36,818 bases of DNA, taken from positions 1-36,818 of the forward strand of contig JAZJZK010000028.1 in assembly GCA_040389905.1 (NCBI GenBank), written 5' to 3'. This document shows, piece by piece, positions 10,097 through 18,778 of this stretch (positions are counted from its first letter, which is position 1; every line of letters begins with the position of its first letter). The position numbers were made by a program, and so were the translations under genes. Origin of the DNA: Gemmatimonadota bacterium (lineage in GTDB: Bacteria > Gemmatimonadota > Gemmatimonadetes > Gemmatimonadales > Gemmatimonadaceae). Under the pieces are notes generated by a model that saw nothing but the letters and a program-made list of their open reading frames with translations, searched no databases and was not told where the DNA came from.

Positions 10097-11509
10097 CTAA
10101 ACAGTAAGCTCCGGGAGCGCGCCACGACGAATGCGAATGCCGCGCGTCAGAAAAAGGACGAGCACGTACGCGACGGCGCCCAGGGGAATTGCGGCCCAGA
10201 GCACCGTGACCCCGCTCAGTCGAAGCACGAGTGCCATGACGCAGCCCGCCAGGAGTGCGCGCCAGAAGCGCGTCATGCTCGGTATCGACATCCCGGAAGC
10301 GCGCAGGAACACCAGCATCGGAGCGGTTCGCGCGGCCTCTGTGGCCACGGTGACCGTCGCCGCCGCTGACATTCCCCATCGCGGAATGAGCACAGAATTC
10401 AGCGCCAGGTTCACCAATCCCGCGCCGAGGGCGTACCTGAGCATTCTATCCTGCCGTCCCCGCGAGAGCAGAACGCTCTGTGCAACGTTCCTGACGAGGG
10501 AGATGAACATCGCCCACAGCAGTATTCTGAGCGGGAGCACCGACGCAACGTACGTGTGACCAAACACCAGCGAAATAATCTGCGCCGCGAGGATCGAACC
10601 CCCGATCACGATTGGCAGAATGACCGCGAACACCTGTGCGAGAGACGCGTGGTAGAGCCCGCACTCCGCGGCCGCGTCCGAGCGCACGCGCGTGAGTACG
10701 GGCAACAGCATCAGCTGGTACGTGTAGCCCATGTTCATGAAGAAGCTCACCATGGCATACGCGGCGGCATAGTAGCCAACGGAAGCAGAATCGCGAACGA
10801 CGCGCAGGAAAAGAAAATCACTGTTGAAGATCACGAGGCCCATGAGCGCGTTGAGCACCAGCGGCCACGATCGCCGATACAAGAGCAGCACCTCGTCCGA
10901 CCGGAAAAGCTCGCGCAGCGTGACCGTCACAGCCGGCAACGATCGCATGAGCAGGAACGCCGCCAGCGATTCCGCGGCGATCAAAATGGTGGGAACGGAG
11001 TCGAGAGCTCCAGCATCCCGTATGAGCACGGTAATCAGGAGCGCCGACAGAAGCTCTGCCGACAAACGTGCGATGGAGACGCTCCCCGCGTGCTCCAGTC
11101 CGAGATGAGCCCACTTCGTTCCAAGTGCCAGGGCTGGCAGCATGAACGCGAACGCCGCGACGATCGCGGCGTCCGGCTCCGGCAGGAAGATCAGGCATAC
11201 AAGCGTGAGCAGGACCGTCAGGCAGACCGCGATGAGCAGACGCGCGAGACTATACCGCCGCAGCAACTCCGGCAGATGCTGCGGCGCGGCTGCAACGTCC
11301 GAGATGCCGAGCAGGTCGACTCCACCGTCGACGATTCGGCCGAGGTACCCAAGTATCGTCGTCGAGAGGACGATGATCCCGTAGATATCCGCACCGAGCC
11401 GGCGCGCGAGAAACGCCGTCGCGACAAAGGCGATGACGCGCGCGAACGCTTCACCACCCCCGAGTTTTCGGAAGCCCCTGCCCACGGCAGCGTCGGGCGA
11501 AGCTTTCAC
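10097..11509 (-). CDS. Wzx-type oligosaccharide flippase
   Basis: About 12-14 TMs with LARRLGADIYG, VGYYAAAY and LIPRWGMSAAA motifs of the PST/MATE-like flippase family. GTG start overlaps the DAHP synthase stop. Confidence 0.9.
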   Translation of the reverse strand: MKASPDAAVGRGFRKLGGGEAFARVIAFVATAFLARRLGADIYGIIVLSTTILGYLGRIVDGGVDLLGISDVAAAPQHLPELLRRYSLARLLIAVCLTVLLTLVCLIFLPEPDAAIVAAFAFMLPALALGTKWAHLGLEHAGSVSIARLSAELLSALLITVLIRDAGALDSVPTILIAAESLAAFLLMRSLPAVTVTLRELFRSDEVLLLYRRSWPLVLNALMGLVIFNSDFLFLRVVRDSASVGYYAAAYAMVSFFMNMGYTYQLMLLPVLTRVRSDAAAECGLYHASLAQVFAVILPIVIGGSILAAQIISLVFGHTYVASVLPLRILLWAMFISLVRNVAQSVLLSRGRQDRMLRYALGAGLVNLALNSVLIPRWGMSAAATVTVATEAARTAPMLVFLRASGMSIPSMTRFWRALLAGCVMALVLRLSGVTVLWAAIPLGAVAYVLVLFLTRGIRIRRGALPELTV

Positions 11510-12630
11510 TCCAGTGGTGCCGTTCTCGTCGCGCGCGCGAGGTCAACGCGTCCGTCGGACATGATCTGGCTCTGCCGGCGAATCGACTCGCGGTGAATCA
11601 CATCGTAGATCGCCCTCGCATACTCAGGGTCCAGTCCAAGCGCCTCCGCGCGGCGCATGCGATCGTCGAGGAGCGCCGCCCACCGCGCCACCTGCAGCGT
11701 CGTAATGTTGTTCGCCCGTTTTTCCTCGGCGATGAGTTGCACGACCTGCATCCGCTCCGCCAGGAGTGCGACGATTGTGTGATCCACACCATCGATGCGC
11801 TCGCGCAAGGCCTCGATCGAACCGGCATAGGCGGGGTTCGGGGAATCCGCACGCCGGATCGACAATGCGGAGAGAATGGCGCCGGCGCGTTCCGGCGTCA
11901 CCTGCTGCGCGGCGTCGCTCCACGCCTGATCGGGACGTGGATGCGCCTCGATCATCACACCGTCCAATCCCAAGTCCATCGCGCTCTGTGCGACGCTGGC
12001 GAGCAACTCCCGGTTACCGCAGATGTGGCTCGGATCCGTAATGATCGGCAGCGCTGGCAACAACCGCCGCAACTCGATCACGAAACTCCACATCGGCGCG
12101 TTTCGGTATGGAGCCGAGTTTGCCACGGACACCCCACGATGTATCGCACCGATCGATCGAATGCCTGCCTTCGAGAAGCGCTCGATTGCACCGAGCCATA
12201 ACTGCAGATCGGGGTTGGTGGGGTTCTTGATCAGGATCGGTACGTCCACGCCGCGCACGGCGTTCGCGAGGTCCTGCACAGAGAATGGGTTCACCGTCGT
12301 CCGCGCACCGATCCACAACATGTCGATACCGCATTTCAACGCGGCGTCAACGTGTGCGGGCAATGCTACTTCGGTGGCCGTCTTGAGCCCGTATTCCTTG
12401 CCCGCGTCGCGAAGCCAGGGAAGGGCCGCTTCGCCGATGCCTTCGAAGTTGTCTGGTCGAGTTCGCGCCTTCCAGATACCGGCGCGCAGGTAGTCGACGC
12501 GCGCGCCAGCCAGCCGCTGCGCCGTCTCGAAGACCTGCTCTCTGCTCTCCGCCGCGCACGGTCCGGCGATGACCAATGGCCGCCCTTCGACCCCTGACCA
12601 CTGGACCATCGGCGTGATTGGAATCTCCAT
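11506..12630 (-). CDS. Bifunctional DAHP synthase (class I-beta) / chorismate mutase type II
   Basis: IAGPCAAES, RAGIWKARTRP, WIGART, IKNP, HRG, DPSH, GVMIEAHP and SDAAQQ, followed by AroQ-type domain LRERIDGVD...LLAERM...K. Confidence 0.93.
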   Translation of the reverse strand: MEIPITPMVQWSGVEGRPLVIAGPCAAESREQVFETAQRLAGARVDYLRAGIWKARTRPDNFEGIGEAALPWLRDAGKEYGLKTATEVALPAHVDAALKCGIDMLWIGARTTVNPFSVQDLANAVRGVDVPILIKNPTNPDLQLWLGAIERFSKAGIRSIGAIHRGVSVANSAPYRNAPMWSFVIELRRLLPALPIITDPSHICGNRELLASVAQSAMDLGLDGVMIEAHPRPDQAWSDAAQQVTPERAGAILSALSIRRADSPNPAYAGSIEALRERIDGVDHTIVALLAERMQVVQLIAEEKRANNITTLQVARWAALLDDRMRRAEALGLDPEYARAIYDVIHRESIRRQSQIMSDGRVDLARATRTAPLE

Positions 12631-12670
12631 CAGTCCCCTGAACGCGAGTACGGTGCGCGTCGCCGCACGA

Positions 12671-12685
12671 CCCTATATAATAGGG
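12671..12685. promoter_or_regulatory. Palindromic AT-rich element, probable shared -10 of a divergent promoter
   Basis: ccctatATAataggg contains TATAAT (12676-12681) on + and TATTAT on -, in the 117-nt gap between divergent genes. Confidence 0.6.
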
Positions 12686-12747
12686 GCGCTTGCTGCATTC
12701 CACACCGAGCGTTCGTCGCACGAGCGCAGTCGTATTGGAGAAACGCC

Positions 12748-13458
12748 ATGAAGGTTGGAAAGGATATCGAGACCCGAAGAGGCGATTGGACGTTCGGCGG
12801 AAACGTTGCGGATTCGTTCGTCGACCATGTCCGGCAATCAGTGCCGTACTATGATGACGGTCATGAGCTCGTGTGCAACGTCAGCGACTACTTCTGTCAC
12901 GGCGACAGCATCTGCTACGAGATTGGGGTGTCCACCGCACAACTGCTGCGCAAGCTCGCCGAGCACAACGCGCACAAGCCCGGCATTCGCTGGATCGGCA
13001 TCGACCCCGTTCCTGCGATGATCGAGAAGGCCAGGGAACGATGTGAGGGCGTAGCGAATATCGAGCTCGCCGTCGGCGACGCGATGCTCTACGAATTCGA
13101 GAAGACCGACATGGTCGTCTCGTACTACACCATGCAGTTCATTCCACCACGCTATCGCCAGGATCTCATCAATCGCATCTACGAGCGACTGAACTGGGGC
13201 GGCGCGCTCGTCCTGTTTGAAAAAGTTCGCGCGCCGGACGCACGCTTTCAGGACATGATGGTGGCGCTCTACAACGACTTCAAGGCGAAGAACGGCTTTT
13301 CAGCGGAAGAAATCCTCAATAAGACGGCAAGCCTCAAGGGCGTTCTCGAGCCCTTCTCCACGGAAGGCAACCTTGGCCTCCTTCGTCGCGCCGGATTCAC
13401 TGACATCATGACGGTGATGAAGTACCTGTGCTTCGAAGGCTTCGTCGCCATCAAGTAG
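12748..13458 (+). CDS. CmoA-like class I SAM-binding protein (carboxy-SAM synthase homologue)
   Basis: Colinear CmoA-family motifs GDWTF, SVPYY, AMIE, MVV..TMQF, GGALVLFEK, DFK..NGFS..EI..K, AGF and C-terminal F..FVAIK. Confidence 0.8.
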   Translation: MKVGKDIETRRGDWTFGGNVADSFVDHVRQSVPYYDDGHELVCNVSDYFCHGDSICYEIGVSTAQLLRKLAEHNAHKPGIRWIGIDPVPAMIEKARERCEGVANIELAVGDAMLYEFEKTDMVVSYYTMQFIPPRYRQDLINRIYERLNWGGALVLFEKVRAPDARFQDMMVALYNDFKAKNGFSAEEILNKTASLKGVLEPFSTEGNLGLLRRAGFTDIMTVMKYLCFEGFVAIK

Positions 13459-13462
13459 CCGA

Positions 13463-14752
13463 GTGACAAAGCCAGCGGGCGGGTTGCGCTTCGCCATCGT
13501 CAGTACGTTCTATCCGCCCTACAGCTTCGGGGGCGACGGCAGCGCCATTCGTCGCCTGGTCCATGCCCTCGCTCGCAGGCATCACACCGTCGATGTCATT
13601 CACGACGTCGACGCATTCCACACGCTGAGCAACGCCCTTCCGAGCGTACCGCAACCGGAGCCTCCAGGCGTCCGCGTTCACGCGCTACGGAGCGCGTTCG
13701 GCCAACTCTCTTGTCTCGCGACACAACAGCTCGGCCGGCCAGTCGTCCACGGCGGCGCGATTCGCCGGATCCTGAGCCAGGGCTTCGACGTCATCCACTT
13801 TCACAACATCTCACTGGTCGGCGGACCGGGACTGTTGTCGTATGGAGAAGGGATCAAGCTGTACACGGCGCACGAACACTGGCTCGTGTGCCCATCCCAC
13901 GTGTTATGGCGTCACAATCGCGAATTGTGCACGGGGCGGGAGTGCGTGCAATGCGTCCTGCACTATCGGCGTCCTCCGCAAATCTGGCGCGCTACTGGAT
14001 ACCTCGAGCGACAGACCCAGCATATAGACGAATTCCTCACGCTCAGTCAATTCGCTCGCGCGAAGCACGCCGAGTTCGGCTTCACCAGGCCAATGACCGT
14101 CGTGCCCGCCTTTCTCGCAGAGTCGAGTCAGGAACACCCGGGTGCCCAGCCCGCGGCGGCAAGAGACGACACCGCGCCAGCGTACTTCCTGTTCGTCGGA
14201 CGCCTCGAGAAAATCAAGGGGCTTCAGGACGTCATTCCACAGTTTCACGGCGGCGAAGGCGCGCAGCTACGGATCGCTGGTACCGGCGAATTCGAGCACG
14301 AGTTGCGCGCGCTCGCCGCCGGCTCACCCCGCATTCGTTTTCTCGGCAGGCAGAGCGCCGAGCAATTGAGCACGCTCTATCGCAATGCCATCGCCGTCAT
14401 CCTGCCGTCCGTGTGCTTCGAGGTGTTTCCCATGGTGGTTCTCGAAGCGTTCCGCGAGGGCACGCCGATCATCGCTCGCAGTCTCGGGCCGTTTCCCGAA
14501 ATCGTGGAACAAAGCCAGGCCGGTCTTCTCTTTCGCACCGAGAGTGACCTGCAGGCCGCCATCACTGGACTCGCAAGTGATCTCGAACAGCGCAACCGGC
14601 TCGGCAAGGCAGCGGAAGTCGCGTTTCACACGCACTGGCGGGAGCCCGTGGTGATGGACCAGTACTTCGACATTATTCGCCGCATCGCCGAGCGTCGCGG
14701 GCTCCGCGATGTGCTCGAGCGTCTCGATCGCTCGGCTGCGGCACGACCATGA
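13463..14752 (+). CDS. Glycosyltransferase family 4 (GT-B)
   Basis: YPPYSFGG, HFHN, AHEHWLVCP, FVGRLEKIKG and PSVCFEVFPMVVLEA (EX7E). Confidence 0.93.
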   Translation: MTKPAGGLRFAIVSTFYPPYSFGGDGSAIRRLVHALARRHHTVDVIHDVDAFHTLSNALPSVPQPEPPGVRVHALRSAFGQLSCLATQQLGRPVVHGGAIRRILSQGFDVIHFHNISLVGGPGLLSYGEGIKLYTAHEHWLVCPSHVLWRHNRELCTGRECVQCVLHYRRPPQIWRATGYLERQTQHIDEFLTLSQFARAKHAEFGFTRPMTVVPAFLAESSQEHPGAQPAAARDDTAPAYFLFVGRLEKIKGLQDVIPQFHGGEGAQLRIAGTGEFEHELRALAAGSPRIRFLGRQSAEQLSTLYRNAIAVILPSVCFEVFPMVVLEAFREGTPIIARSLGPFPEIVEQSQAGLLFRTESDLQAAITGLASDLEQRNRLGKAAEVAFHTHWREPVVMDQYFDIIRRIAERRGLRDVLERLDRSAAARP

Positions 14753-16173
14753 TCACGCGCGTGCGACAGGCCCTCGCCGCAGCGCTGATCGTCGTCGCCG
14801 CATGCGCTCCCGCGGCCGACGCGCCGACACGTGTGACGCTCGATGCGCACACACGTTTCCAGACGATCGACGCGTGGGCGACCAACCTCCGCCTCTGGGA
14901 AGAAGACAAGCGGAACGACCGATACAACCACTCGATCGAGCCCGCGCTCGATAACGTCTTTACGTTTCTCGTGGACTCGGTCGGCATCAACGGGGTGCGC
15001 CTCGAGATTCCGAGCGGCATCGAAAACCCGACGAGCCGCTGGGCGGGATATCGGTCGGGAAAAGTCCCGTACAGTGCATTCCAACGCGCGCGCTTCGAGA
15101 AGATCAACGACAACGATGATCCTCGCGTTGCGGACACCAGCGGATTCCAGTTCGACGACCTCGATTTTCGGATCGAGCGGATGTTCCTCCCGCTGAAGCG
15201 ACGATTGGAAGCACGCGGCGAGACACTCCATGTCAACGTGAATTACGTGGACTTCAAGTGGAAGCAAGACAGCCAACAGGGCACGTTGAGTCACGCGAAG
15301 AACCCGGAGGAGTTTGCCGAATTCGTCGTGGTGTGCTTTCAGCACCTTCGCCAGAAGTACGGCATCGTTCCTGACGCCTTCGAGGTGATCCTCGAGCCCG
15401 AGAACACGGAGGCGTGGCGCGGAGAGACGATCGGCCGCGCGCTCGTGGCCGCGGCGGATCGGCTGAAGGCAAATGGCTTCACGCCGGAGATCATCGCGCC
15501 ATCGAATTCGCAGATGCGAAACGCCATCACGTATTTCGACGAGATGATCGCCGTGCCCGGAGTGCTCGACCGGCTTCGGACATTCGCGTACCATCGCTAT
15601 CGTCTCGAACGACGGGATGACGTGCTGGCCATCGCATCACGCGCCCGCGCGCACCACCTCAAGACCGCCATGCTCGAGAAGGTCGGCGCCGGCATCGACG
15701 TCCTGCTCGAAGACCTCGTGGACGGAAATGTCTCGGCGTGGCAACAATGGGCCGCGGCGGGCAGCACTGCGAACGCGGACAACGGCGGCTACTATGCTCG
15801 CGTGGAGCCGTCCGACTCCACCGCGCAACACGTGTTCATGGCGCGACTATCCACGCACCTCGCGCAACTCTTCCAGGCTGTGCGTCGGGGCGCAATCCGG
15901 ATCGGCGCGTCGAGTGACAATCCCGACAAGCGCGTCGTGGCGTTCATCAATCGCGATCAACGCTGGGTCGTGGTCGCGCGCGCAAAGGCGGCGGGGGGGC
16001 GTGTAACCGTCAGCGGCCTGCCGCCGGGTCAATACGGAGTCAGCACGAGTACCGAAGCGCAGCGACGAGTGTACCACGAGCCGATCACCGTCGGTGCCGA
16101 TAGCGCACTCACGACCACAATGGCGGAAGCCGGCGTGCTGGCCATCGTCCGATTGCCGGCGGCGAGACCTTAG
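14749..16173 (+). CDS. Putative lipoprotein glycoside hydrolase, GH30/clan GH-A-like
   Basis: Signal peptide with lipobox VAAC, FQTIDAW start of the barrel, LEPEN in place of NEP, AYHRY, MLE, and a C-terminal VAFINRD..WVVV beta-sandwich. Confidence 0.55.
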   Translation: MITRVRQALAAALIVVAACAPAADAPTRVTLDAHTRFQTIDAWATNLRLWEEDKRNDRYNHSIEPALDNVFTFLVDSVGINGVRLEIPSGIENPTSRWAGYRSGKVPYSAFQRARFEKINDNDDPRVADTSGFQFDDLDFRIERMFLPLKRRLEARGETLHVNVNYVDFKWKQDSQQGTLSHAKNPEEFAEFVVVCFQHLRQKYGIVPDAFEVILEPENTEAWRGETIGRALVAAADRLKANGFTPEIIAPSNSQMRNAITYFDEMIAVPGVLDRLRTFAYHRYRLERRDDVLAIASRARAHHLKTAMLEKVGAGIDVLLEDLVDGNVSAWQQWAAAGSTANADNGGYYARVEPSDSTAQHVFMARLSTHLAQLFQAVRRGAIRIGASSDNPDKRVVAFINRDQRWVVVARAKAAGGRVTVSGLPPGQYGVSTSTEAQRRVYHEPITVGADSALTTTMAEAGVLAIVRLPAARP

Positions 16174-16964
16174 GTGCGGACAATCCCTGACTGAGGAGCC
16201 TTCTGCACTCGTGCGGTTACGATCACCTCGTAGTCCGGGTCGAGATGATTCAACTCGTGATCAGTCAGCTCCTCGGTCGCAAGTCCGTGCAAATACGATA
16301 CAGCCGTCAACACGTTCCCCCGCGTTCCCACTTCGATTAACGCGTTGGGAAATGTCTCGACGAGCACTCGCTCGATGGACTGCGCAGTGAAGTGCCAATA
16401 CTCCCCCCAATCATCTCGGCCGAGTCGTCGCCCGATCTTCGAAATGCCGTGCGTCGTCAGCAAGACGACGCCGCCGGGTTTGAGAATCCGGTGCAACGTC
16501 CGGAGCGCGGCCGTGAAATCGTAGATCATCTGCAGCGACTGCGTGAAGATGATGCAGTCGAACGTGTCGGATGGAATGTGGTCCGCGCTCGTCAGGTCGG
16601 CGATGATCGTCGCGTCCGGGCTGCCGGCGGTGTAGTGCAGCACGTCGATGCGACTGGGCTTGCCGCCACCGAATTTGTCGATGTAATAGGCATCGCCGAG
16701 CTCGAGGCACCGGCCCGTGATATCGACCGCGTGTTTCCGCAGGAATTGCTCGATGTAATATCGGTCGACCGGCAGGCCGCGATCGATCCCAAAGATCGGG
16801 CTGATCGGGCTCACGCGGCGGAGCGCCCCGAAGTTCACCGTGCCGGCGCGCGGCCACTGCAGCCGATGGAGGCGCTGTTGCCGGACGATTGCGGCGCGAA
16901 GGCGAGCAGGAAGCAGGAGCTTGGCGAGCGCGATGGCTCGCTGGCGGAGAGAAATTGGCGGCAT
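16170..16964 (-). CDS. Class I SAM-dependent methyltransferase (glycan-associated), paralogue A
   Basis: FGIDRGLPVDRYYIE, CLELGD, FDCIIFTQSLQ, ILKPGGV. Confidence 0.85.
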   Translation of the reverse strand: MPPISLRQRAIALAKLLLPARLRAAIVRQQRLHRLQWPRAGTVNFGALRRVSPISPIFGIDRGLPVDRYYIEQFLRKHAVDITGRCLELGDAYYIDKFGGGKPSRIDVLHYTAGSPDATIIADLTSADHIPSDTFDCIIFTQSLQMIYDFTAALRTLHRILKPGGVVLLTTHGISKIGRRLGRDDWGEYWHFTAQSIERVLVETFPNALIEVGTRGNVLTAVSYLHGLATEELTDHELNHLDPDYEVIVTARVQKAPQSGIVRT

Positions 16965-16976
16965 CCGACAGGAATG

Positions 16977-17756
16977 TTAACCGTTCGACGCCTTCTGTAC
17001 GCGCGCCGTCACGATCATCTCGAATTCGGGATCGCCGTATTCGAGCTCAGCGCCCGTCAGTTCCTCCGTCGCGATGCCGTGGAGAAATGCCGTCGCGGCG
17101 AGGACGTTCCCCCACACCTTCACCTCGACGCGCGAGCGCGGGAACGTCTCCGCCAGGATGCGCTTCAAGGATTGCGAGGTGAAATGCCAGTACTCTCCCC
17201 AGCCCTCGCGCTCCGGAAGGCAGGCGACCTTGGAGATGCCATGCGTCGTGATAAGGATGACCCCGTCGGGCCGGAGGATCCGGTGCAACGTCCGGAGGGC
17301 AGCCCGAAAGTCGTAAATGACTTGCAGTGACTGCGTGAAGATGATGCAGTCGAACGAGTCCGAAGGAATGTGCGCGGCGCTCGTCAGGTCCGCGACGATC
17401 GACGCGGCAGGATTCCCTTCCAGGTAGTGCAGCACGTCGGAGCGCTCCACCTTCTGGCCGCCGAACATTTCCGTGTAGTAGCGGTCACCGATCTCGAGGC
17501 AGTGGCCGCGAACGTCGTGCGCGAATTCGCGAAGGAAGCGCTCGATGTAATACCGGTCGACGGGCAGCCCGCGCTCGATGCCGAAGATCGGGCTGATCGG
17601 TGTGAGGCGACGCAGATCACCGAAGTCGACGGCGCCGGCGCGAGGCCATTGCAGCCGGTGAACGCGCTGCTGCCGAACGATGGCCGAACGTAGCCGGCTG
17701 GGGAGCACAAGCCTGACCAATCGAAGGGCATGGTCGCGCACGGAGGAGTCGGACAT
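16977..17756 (-). CDS. Class I SAM-dependent methyltransferase (glycan-associated), paralogue B
   Basis: Same motifs as its neighbour: FGIERGLPVDRYYIE, CLEIGD, FDCIIFTQSLQ, ILRPDGV. Confidence 0.85.
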   Translation of the reverse strand: MSDSSVRDHALRLVRLVLPSRLRSAIVRQQRVHRLQWPRAGAVDFGDLRRLTPISPIFGIERGLPVDRYYIERFLREFAHDVRGHCLEIGDRYYTEMFGGQKVERSDVLHYLEGNPAASIVADLTSAAHIPSDSFDCIIFTQSLQVIYDFRAALRTLHRILRPDGVILITTHGISKVACLPEREGWGEYWHFTSQSLKRILAETFPRSRVEVKVWGNVLAATAFLHGIATEELTGAELEYGDPEFEMIVTARVQKASNG

Positions 17757-17812
17757 CTCCCATAATAGTCAGTTCGCGAACAGCGCCTGGCGCCGGGCTG
17801 GTCTGATGCGGC

Positions 17813-18541
17813 TTATGCCCGCTTCCGCCGCACGATCACGATGCCGACGATTCCGGTCGCGAGGAGCGTCAGTGACGCGGGCTCAGGGGTCGGCGTCGGC
17901 TCATCAAATTGCGATCCGAATTGAAACTGTGGGAGCAACTGCTCCACGATCTCGGGGTGCACGTCGATGGAGCCAGTCAAATAGGAATTGCCGATGCCGG
18001 CGAACTGGTCATCGATCGCCATATCGAAGGTTCCGCCCTGATACGAATCACCATCGTCGGTCCCCGACTGCTCGAAGAGCGTCGCAAGTACTGCGTTCTC
18101 GCAGGCCGGGCAGCGCGAGCTTGGCGCGAACCCGATAAAGACCGGGCAGGTCGCGGTGCCATCTCGCAGCAGTCCGACGAAGTAGAGGGAATCTGGAACC
18201 CCTGTCGGCGCGGCGAAATTCAGCTTCACATACAGGTACTCGAGCCTCGAATTGTACCGCGCCGCAACCTTCGCGACCTGAAGCGTGCCGAGGTTCGCCA
18301 CCGCCGTGTTCAGCGCCGCGATACCATCGACCGTCGTGGTGGTGAAGCCCATGCCTGAAATGGTCAGGCCGAGATACGACGCAGTCGGTGCGTAGGCGCC
18401 GAAAATGTCGTCCTGCTGATTCGGGCGACCGAACTTGTACGAGGTCGTCGCAGACAGCGTGATCTGCGCATCAGCCGTGGCAGTCGGCGCGGCGATGAGG
18501 CCGGCGATCAACGCAACGACGAGGATGCGCGAAAGGCGCAT
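17813..18541 (-). CDS. PEP-CTERM sorting-domain protein
   Basis: Signal peptide MRLSRILVVALIAGLIAAPTATADA. C-terminal TPEPASLTLLATGIVGIVIVRRKRA = PEP + TM + basic tail. Confidence 0.9.
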   Translation of the reverse strand: MRLSRILVVALIAGLIAAPTATADAQITLSATTSYKFGRPNQQDDIFGAYAPTASYLGLTISGMGFTTTTVDGIAALNTAVANLGTLQVAKVAARYNSRLEYLYVKLNFAAPTGVPDSLYFVGLLRDGTATCPVFIGFAPSSRCPACENAVLATLFEQSGTDDGDSYQGGTFDMAIDDQFAGIGNSYLTGSIDVHPEIVEQLLPQFQFGSQFDEPTPTPEPASLTLLATGIVGIVIVRRKRA

Positions 18542-18778
18542 CCACTGGCGTGGTAGGAATATCACTCTACTGCTCCGTCGCAGTAATAGGTCTCGATGGG
18601 AACATACCGCATCAGGAGGGGGAGATGCGGTCGATCTGACCGAATCCGCTGTCGCGGCTGCCAGACAAGGTGTAATATATTCTGATATACGGCGAACGCA
18701 AGCATGAAAGCAGCAGTTTTGCCCGAATTGCACCCAGCCTCGCTTGCGACGCCTCGGGGATTCCTTCAGCATTGTCCA

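Noticed and set aside
9999..10379. N-terminal 127 aa of the 583-aa ORF
   Set aside because: Overlaps the flippase in another frame; a GGAGG-preceded TTG at 9998 is the more plausible start.
12748..13458. Assigning the symbol cmoA with a tRNA cmo5U function
   Set aside because: No cmoB nearby, glycan-locus context, and apparent loss of the key Arg, so it is called CmoA-like only.
18648..18663. Sigma54 promoter for the first PEP-CTERM gene (tggcag...gc on the minus strand)
   Set aside because: GG-to-GC spacing is 11 rather than the obligatory 10, and TTGC is absent.
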